A stretch of DNA of 58,544 nucleotides, the filler included, from Dugesia japonica (lineage: Eukaryota), in NCBI GenBank assembly GCA_001938525.1. It is 5 parts of 5 records of this genome, joined end to end, with 100 filler letters (N's around TTAATTAATTAA, not from the genome) between each part and the next. Parts side by side here need not be neighbours in the genome. Positions count along the whole stretch, not along the records: positions 48,010 to 58,544 come from MQRL01609368.1; 4 more parts are not named here. One strand, 5' to 3'. The position numbers and the translations under genes were made by a program. The notes beneath the pieces were generated by a model. That model made no database searches and was not told the origin of the DNA. It saw only the letters and a program-made list of their open reading frames with translations. Below, one piece after another: positions 50,194 through 58,544 of this stretch (the first letter of the stretch is position 1; each line of letters begins with the position of its first letter).

Positions 50194-51415
50194 ATCTCAA
50201 TCCCACAGATAATTTTAAAGATATTGATATTATTTTCACGGTAAATCTCAGCGACATTTCTGCAATGCAGAAAATTAAAAACACAGTATTTTCATTGATG
50301 ATAGACTTGTTGAAGAAGCATATTAACAATAAAGCAGAATGCCTTAAACAGAACTTCATCATAAATGAAGAATTAATCAAAGATAATTATATTCCTAAAA
50401 TGACTCGTATTATAAGCAATCAAGAATCAAATGCAGATTGCTGGTCGTTAATTTCTCTTGGAATGTCAGAAATTGGAAGTGAAACTATAGAGTTAAAATT
50501 TATTGATAAAATGAAAAGACAATACGAATTCACAATTGATTCATTTCAAATAGTTTTAGATACAATGTTAGCCTTTTATACTGTCAGTAAATGTTCCTCA
50601 ATCACACCGAATCTTTTTCCTACTGTAGTTGCAGAATCAGTGTCTGGTAGTTTTCAGGAGGCTTTTAAACACTTGAAAGATAATATAATCTCAACCAAAA
50701 ATCCAGAAGAAATTCATGGAGGAGGACTTCTTAAATATTGTCAACTAATAGCAGCTGGATATCATCAAAATTCATTGATGGATGTTAGAGCAACAGAAAA
50801 ATATATGTGTTCTCGATTTTTTATTGATTATCCCGATATAAACTGCCAAAAACAAAAACTAGAATCGTTCTTAGAATCATTAAATGATTGTAATTATGAA
50901 GTGAAAATCAATTTGCTAAATGTAAATTTTATTGTTTTCTAGAAAATAGATATAAATTTTAAATTTCATAGATACTTTATGAAGTGGTATCACATTCTAC
51001 AGTTTGTCTTATGACCCACGAGAGACGTCAAACTCTGCAAATGATCAATAATTCTGTACAGAATATCTTATCAGAAATCGAAATTAAAAAATCTACAGTT
51101 CAATTGGATGATTTAAGTAGCCAAAACTGGGTTCTCGATCAAGTGTTCTATGGAACATTTTATTTCCCACAACAAGTTTATGTTACTGGGCCCATGAATA
51201 CAACTCAGCCGAACAATTTAAATCTTGGGAATATATCAGGTAACCAAATTTTAATTTGTACTGGAGACAATACTGATTTCATGACAACCACTAATCAAAT
51301 CGTATCTGTAAATCATACGACATCTACCGCCATCGATAGTAATTCATGGTTAAACGGTTATCAAAACCAGAATAATCAAATCTATTGTTGTAACGGCCCA
51401 TTAATGTGTGCATAA
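50194..51415 (+). CDS. TENT5: TENT5/FAM46 terminal nucleotidyltransferase, last two exons (50194-50921, 50972-51415); 5' exon(s) not located
   Basis: FKDIDIIF, DCWSLISL, IELKFIDKMKRQYEFTIDSFQI, PTVVAESVSG, GGGLLKYC, YMCSRFFIDYPD and STVCLMTHERRQTL. The 50-bp GT-AG intron 50922-50971 joins the two ORFs in frame. Confidence 0.9.
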
Positions 51416-53747
51416 TCAACATGATTAATTAAAATTTGTTTCTATTCGGTGTTTTGGTTTTAATACTTTTGTTGTTATTGTTAATGTTGTTTTAATACAT
51501 TTAGAAATTAAAGATAAACATTTTAAAATACCCACTTGTATGGTAGTATATCTTTATGGTGCTGCTTTTTGTGATTTCATGTACAAATTTTGTGATAAAA
51601 ATAATATTGAAGGGTCTTTCATTGAAATAGTATATTGAAATTTTTATAGTATTTATTTAATATTGTTTTGTTTAAATGTTGTGCTATTATATACGGTTTT
51701 AATGCATGTTTATCATGTTGTCATAGCAATACATATAACATTTACCTTCGATATATCAATATTTATGTTGTATTTGTAAATTTTATCCAAGCCTATTTCA
51801 TAAAATATACATTTATTGTCATTTTTTAATTAATTATTATTTTGTTTAAATTCTTCAATTAATATTATTAAATTGTGTAAGTTGAAAAAAATTATTTTGC
51901 AAAAATAATCAATTATCTTTATTAAAAATCATGAAATAAAAATATTGCTCAGTAAAAAAATGCATAATATTTTGTTATTCGCTTTTCATAATTTAATTTC
52001 ATAAATACGAAAAATAATGTTTTTCCTATTTATATTTACATTGTATTCAAAAAATTCCGGTACAACACTGCAGAATATAGTTTAAAAGTTTTTATGTGAA
52101 ATACAACATTAGAAATGGTTAATATATACTTTCATCTACTTGCCCTATAAATTTAATGCCATTCAGTTAAGTGATTGATTGACAGAATCAATTTAAATTT
52201 ATAATTTATTTTATTATACTTAGAATTGTTGAAATGGAGAAAAGACCAGCAATAAAATTTCATTTTAAATGTGAAAAAATGTGTATAATATCATCTTAAG
52301 ATCTTTAAATTGGGAAATGTCGATTATAAATGAACTAAAATCGTTGAATTATTATTGAACAAAAAATTTCCCATGTGAGATTTAAAAGTTGGCTAGACGA
52401 ATATTTCAAAAGGTAACCAATTTTAAGCAATCTGGAGTCGAAAAAACTTGCATTTTCATCATGAAATCAAAATACACAGTCATTAACATTTCCTTATTAT
52501 GAGAATAATTATTTATCATTAAGTTTTATTAATCTTTCATGAAAGGAGATTGTATTTCATTAGCTATACGTTTCATTTGTTTTGTAATGGCAAGTTGATC
52601 GTTATTGTAATTTTGTGGTAGTTTATTATTACAAAAATATCAAAGTTTTAGACGAAAAATACCTTCAGATTATGTTAAATTTAGACAAAGTACAATATTG
52701 ATTTATTCGTGAACTAAATCTTATACCAATGACATTTAATTTATACGTGTATTTATGGAGATTATATTTCTATTAATAATTAAAATAAATAACTAATGGC
52801 TACATATATTTCTTAACCACAAAATAATCTTCGTTGGATTTGTACAATGAACATAATTATTAAAACAAAAATTAGTTGAACTTGATAACGATTGATAACT
52901 TGACTTAGATTAAATTTACTTATTAATAGGAATAAATGTTACATTTTGTTTTATATTGAGTCATGGAGTATTCAATATTTTTTACAATAGTCCTGTGAGG
53001 AAAGATTAATAATAAGAACATTAGTAAGGAATTGTTTTAATATTCAAAAAATAAGATTAATAAATTACCGTAGATTATTAAAGTTATAATTACTAATTAG
53101 CAAATTATTATCGTTATCTTACCAGAGTTCATTACATTTGATTTAAGAAGGTAACATTTAGACGACAACCTTTGTGATTCACTGTTACAATTTATTCTAT
53201 GAGTAATATTTTGTTGTATTATTTATATATATATATTTTTTTAATAAAGTAGATAGATGGTGGTACACGGGAACACCCCCCTCCCGAGGGGAAACATTTT
53301 TTTGATTGATTTTTTTCTCACTTTTTTTAAACGTTTTTTTTTTGAAGAATTTAAAATTTTGCGCGTGGGCAGATGACGTCATTATTTTTGAAATATAGTG
53401 CCATTTATTATTTTTGTTTAAATTAAGTAAAAATAATTACTTTTGTTAAAATTAGTTGATTTTTATGATTTCTCGTCTAAATTAAACAAAATTTTCAAAT
53501 TTTTAAGTAGTGAAACGGTCATCTCTGGGAAATTTTAATATTAGTAAGTCGCGGACAATATTAATAACAACGATCATAATAATGAGAAAATCAAAAGACA
53601 TCAAAACACCAAATGTATTGGTGATAACACACAAATAATCATAGTCATTACATTAGTTAAAATCGTTTCATAGTCATTTTAATCGAGATGTTTATTGCAA
53701 ATTGGATCTTAATAATAAAAATTAATAATTTCAAATAACAAAATGAT

Positions 53748-56700
53748 TTACCTGTAGATGCGTTTTTTCATCCCAGTCTTATTTATTAAGAGATAGAATA
53801 ATGCCCGCATGGTATGCTTATGTTTATGCAAGTCCACTCTTTTGTCATCATTATTGATTAATGCGACTTTTGGTTCTAAGAAACTATACAACTGGTGGTT
53901 TTTTGTTCCTATTCTAAATTGTCTTACTGAGACAGATTGACTGTTATTGTAACAATTAAGGTACGGATGATGATTTATGTCGGTACCTTTTAATGTTATG
54001 CCCTTCGCTTTCAGCGATTCCTTCTCGCTAAGTAGGCTATAACACTTCGGTCTCAGGAACACCCATTCTTTATATTTCCTTCCTTTATTTTCGTCTTTAA
54101 ACTTTCCTACCACCGAATTGAGTTCCATATTGTAAAGAGTGTGGTCTGGTGAGTAATTTAAAGTATCTAATAATCGGTCTTTTACCATCAGTGGCAATAA
54201 CTTTTCCAACTTAATGTTCTTAACTTCTAAGAAAAAGTTATCGGTATCCCCAGCTACTATTCCTATCTCACAATTTTCTTGTTTCCTATACTTCCCTAGC
54301 TCAATGTATTGAAGTCGATACATTCGTAATTAGCTTAAATCGAAAACTGTCTGTCCTATGGAACTCGGCCTTTTGTGAAACACAATGTCTTTATTTAATT
54401 GTACCGCTATTAAATCTTTATCGATCTTAATGGTTCTCCTAAACCCTGGTTTTGAGGTATAGGTCACTAACTTCTTTGCTGAATTACATATTCTCAAGTT
54501 TATTCGTTTCTTTAGATTTTCAACTGATTTACAATACAAACTGTTGTTCATGAGCTTATAGTAATTTTTATCCAATTCATCCACACTTTCAGCCCTTAAC
54601 TTGATGTTTTCATCGATATATTGCTTGAAAATATGATCGTCTTAAATTCTAACTGCCCTGAGAACATTTGTAACTTGCAAACCTAATTGCGAATACATTT
54701 GCAGTAATCTCCAGTGCACTAGGTAATTGAACTTTGAATAAAGAGACAACTTTATTTTCTTGACTTTGCTTCATGGAGCACATTGATGTTCAGCTGCAAT
54801 GGGTAAGTCATTTAGATAATCATGAAGGTCATTGGGAATCTCAATGTCAACTTCTAGAGTGTATCCATATTGTAATGACTCGAGATCTGCATGTTTACAT
54901 TCTTCTACAACTAATTGTAATCCACAATATACGCATTCCAAGTCTTTGTACGGCTCAAAGCCCAATCATACAGGTTATTCATATCGATATATAACAACTC
55001 TGTGTTTCCATCTGATATAACATGGTGTTGGTTGACAAAGGTGATCCCACTTCTAATTCTACCTTCGAATAAGGTGTACATGTCGTTATCAGTCAAAAGC
55101 TCGATGGGTTCGTTTAAAGTTATCAGAGCAGATGCCCAGCTCATACCTGGAGGCCAAAGAAATTTAAGGGTTTCAGTTGGTTGTGAGCTAATGACTTGGC
55201 TCGGAATTGCTGAAAACAGTCAGCTAGGAGAAAGACGTCCAACTTCATGTACACCAACATATAGTCCAGTAAGTTTTAGCATTTAAAGATTTTCCACATC
55301 TCTACCGCTTTTTCATGTTCTTCATCACTAACTCCATCCCACTTTGGTAGCATTTCCTTTGTATTAACCAGTACTTGTAAACTGGTAGCGTGATTGTATG
55401 GGAAAATCCCCTTTGTCCTTATAATTCTGCTGTCGATAAATTCCTGTTTNNTNTTAAAATTAGGAGTTTTTTTTGTAAGTTTTAACAGCTGAATCCAGAT
55501 ATAAATTGATAAATTTATATGAATCAATAAATCGAATGGTAGGTAATTTCGTTTGATGTGCAATAAGACACAAGAACTTTTCGTTTGTAGTTGGAATATA
55601 ACTGAGGTTCCAATGTGGAAATTGACAGATTCCATGCTTAAGAATATGGTGCATGACATATTCTCTTAAATTATGGAATACAGCAAATAATTGTATATTC
55701 ATTCTTCTGCTTAGATTGCAACTGTTGCATGCTGCATCCATATATTCACCTGTAAAAATGATCCTAGTCTCTAACAGGATTTATTAATGATTTCTCACAT
55801 AAATGACATGTTTTGGTAGCAACAAAGAAAATTTCTTGATCCAGAGTTATATTTATCTTCTTTCTTTCCATTATTCATATAATATGAATACACAGTATTC
55901 TTGTTGATTTTCTCAATCTCTTTCAAAAACTTAAAAACACAGTCGTTTCCGATAAATTCTTGATATTTTGTTTCTTTAGTCTAATTATTAACTAGCAAAA
56001 GTCCGGCTGTTATAGGTAAATGTTTTTGATGATAATCCTCATCCGGTGATAATACTGATTCACAATCAGCGTATTTGACGAATAGAGGACTTAAAGTTTT
56101 TGAATAGTCAGTAAATTCTAAGTAAGCATCAATCGGCATGGTATATAACGTGGTACCTGTCTGGATTTTACTACAAAGAGGCTCATGTTCTTTTAAAGTT
56201 GCATTATCTCGGAATCCATTCAGACAATTAGGGTGCCATGTTTACTGTATTCGGACACCTTTCTTCTTAATATGTCTATTCATAAGCCTATCTAGATTTA
56301 TTATGGCTGTGTAATGACACCTTTGCTTATCTTCTAATAGTAAAAAATTTATTTTTCTTCACTCGGTTATTTTCGATCTATGAATTGTGTCAAAATTCGG
56401 ATGTTTCATTACAACGTCATCGTATTCAACTGTTTGCAAGTTCCAAGTTAAAATATTGATGGAAAGTCCTGGGTTTTGTTTTTCAAATTTTGATATATTT
56501 ATTAACTTTATTGGCATATTTTTTTCGTCGAATATAAGTTCCTTTATATATTCTTTATATTTCACTGCTCGATGTTTATTACTATCTTCAACTACATTGC
56601 GTTTAAGGACAAAAATAACACTGTAGATGAAACATAAATTATCCGTGTTCTGAACATTGATTATGGCTTGTTTTCTTACCAGATTATTAGGTGTGGGAAT

Positions 56701-57557
56701 ATAACTGCTTCCAGTAAGCCGACTTATCTGGTTAGTTTTTGTTATCTTAAAACTAATTTCCAGGATACGTGCTAGTGTCAAACTGCTTTCTAAATCGGAC
56801 CTGATAATTATATTTTCATTCAATGAATTGATACTTTCCTCAAAAAACTTATCGATTAAAGGTACTGCTCTATTAAATAATCTTCATGTTTTAACTTCAT
56901 CATTCTTAACAAATTCTGTGTGTATTCCAAATTTTATTTTTATACTCTTCATTTCTTTGATTATTTGGAATAATTTTTGTACTAATACTTCTGGTAAAAT
57001 TATTTGTTTCATATTTAATTCGGACACGTCAAGTTTCAATATTTGATGACACTTATATAGATCACTTTCAATAGTAGGTTCATTAAGAGAACCGCTAACT
57101 TGTATATCCTCCTCATTCATTTCTTCGATTATTTTAATATTACTCGAATCTTCTTTTGATTCATTAATTACATCCGTATTTTCTGCATCAGTTTCTTCAA
57201 TTATTTTAATATTACTCGAATCCTCTTCTGATTCATCAATCACCTTTGGTTCCTCGATAACAATCACTCCTGGATCTAATTTTATTTTCTTACACAGAGT
57301 TTCTTCTAATATTTTCAATAATAATTGTTTCTTACTAACAGTGAACCGTGTCAAGTGATGTACATGCATCATATAAACTCGCTATATGTACTTAAACCTA
57401 GTGTGGTGCATGCAGGACATATTAAGTATTTTTTCTCGTAATAAATAAGACTATAATATTTCTGCATTATTTTGTGGCAACCATCATTATGTCTTGTGTT
57501 TGTACAGTAATTTTTGTATAATACACAATTAACTAAATGCATATTGATCTTAAACAA
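53748..57557 (-). pseudogene. Protein-primed DNA polymerase B (pPolB) with endonuclease VII-like insert, fragmented
   Basis: GSSYIPTP..AIINVQNTDNLCF, YADCES, AACNSCNL, FHNL, RFIDSYKF, KGIFPY, YIDMNNLY, KLMNNSLY, GDTDNFF, GKFKDE, LRPKCYS, KAKGI and DDKR. Confidence 0.92.
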
Positions 57558-57774
57558 TTTGAAACATAATAATTAATAAAAAGCATCAAAACAATTCATA
57601 AAAAAGTATTATCTAAACTTGAAAAATAATATACATTATCGAAATAAATTTAACTTATTAATTATTCTTAAAAATGTAAATCTATAAAAAAATTCATATA
57701 TGTATTAACCAAAAATGTAAATTATCGAAATAAATTCAACAATCTTTTAAAAAAATTAAAGTTAAATCGTTAAT

Positions 57775-58125
57775 TCAAAATTTGATAATTTTATGTTAAG
57801 TTTTATTCATTAACAACAAGAATTATAATGATAATTAACTTAACAAGACAAATAAAATAATTACAATAAAATGTTATTGAAAGTTTCTTAATCATACACT
57901 ACATATTTGATAATTTTATGTTACGTTTTAATCATTACAACAAGAATTATAATGATACTTAACTTAACAAAATAAATAAAATCATTACAATAAAAGTTGC
58001 AATGAATTTAACTTAATAATACACTAAAATTTGATAATTTTATGTTACGTTTCAATCATTACAATAAAACTCATAATGATAATTGACTTAACAATTTAAA
58101 TAAAATCATTACAATAAAAATTGAA
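57775..58125. repeat. ~125-bp tandem repeat, three copies
   Basis: TTTGATAATTTTATGTTA..CATTAC/AACAA..TAATGATA..ACTTAACAA recurs at ~57781, ~57906 and ~58030. Confidence 0.8.
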
Positions 58126-58544
58126 GTAAAATTATAGTCATTAACTTATAAATCAATAATACAAAATCTAATTATTAAATTAAAATGAAATCTTTATCTT
58201 AAAATCATTAAATAAAATCATTAAAAGAAAATCATTCACTTAAAATTTAACTTATAAAATCAAATATAATTTTACTCGTTTTCTTAAATTCCTTCGGCAT
58301 ATAAAATCCACTTGTTCTATTTTCATCAAATGCAACAGACATATTATTTTCAGATAATTGCATATTCATTCTTCTGCTTAGATTGCAACTGTTGCATGCT
58401 GCATCCATATATACACATGTAAAATGATCCTGGTCTCTAACAGGATTTATTAATAATTTCTCACGTAAATTATAAAATCCACTTGTCCTATTTTCATCAA
58501 ATGCAACAGACATATTATTTTCATCAATCTAAAATTCAAATAAA

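Larger units (their letters stand above)
53248..58544 (-). mobile_element. Polinton/Maverick (adintovirus-like) element fragment
   Basis: Protein-primed PolB next to a GC-rich terminus beginning AGTAG (53248, tentative). Internal tandem repeats. Confidence 0.75.

Noticed and set aside
44820-51415. TENT5 nested antisense in a DNAH10 intron
   Set aside because: A synthetic linker at 47910-48009 separates them, and no dynein exon was found beyond TENT5.
52220-52410. mariner N-terminus-like EKRPAIKFHFK
   Set aside because: Too short and decayed to annotate.
57775-58125. CRISPR-like array
   Set aside because: Whole units repeat with no unique spacers, and the context is eukaryotic.

Overview
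Very AT-rich eukaryotic (animal) genomic DNA with ~50-bp introns and dense transposon decay. A triclad flatworm would fit, but the sequence alone cannot prove this. The window is five assembly segments joined by artificial 44N-TTAATTAATTAA-44N linkers. Host genes: one PDE4-type exon, three exons of an unknown N/P/Q-rich gene, two DNAH10 exons and two TENT5/FAM46 exons. The rest is mobile DNA: a NeSL/Utopia-like RT, several Ty3/Gypsy fragments, Tc1/mariner/pogo, hAT and piggyBac derivatives, Penelope-like ends with minimal hammerhead ribozymes, and a Polinton/Maverick pPolB. The standout is a degenerate, >11-kb Ty3/Gypsy element on the minus strand (20438-31540). Its reconstructed polyprotein reads Gag - helical region - ubiquitin-like domain - Bcl-2-like domain - signal peptide + chuvirus-type fusion glycoprotein (in frame with the protease) - PR - RT - RNase H - IN - second signal peptide + FN3-like/Thr-rich/TM protein - acidic ORF. 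The envelope gene thus sits between gag and pol and is flanked by virus-like host-modulating domains. All family assignments come from manual motif recognition, not database searches.
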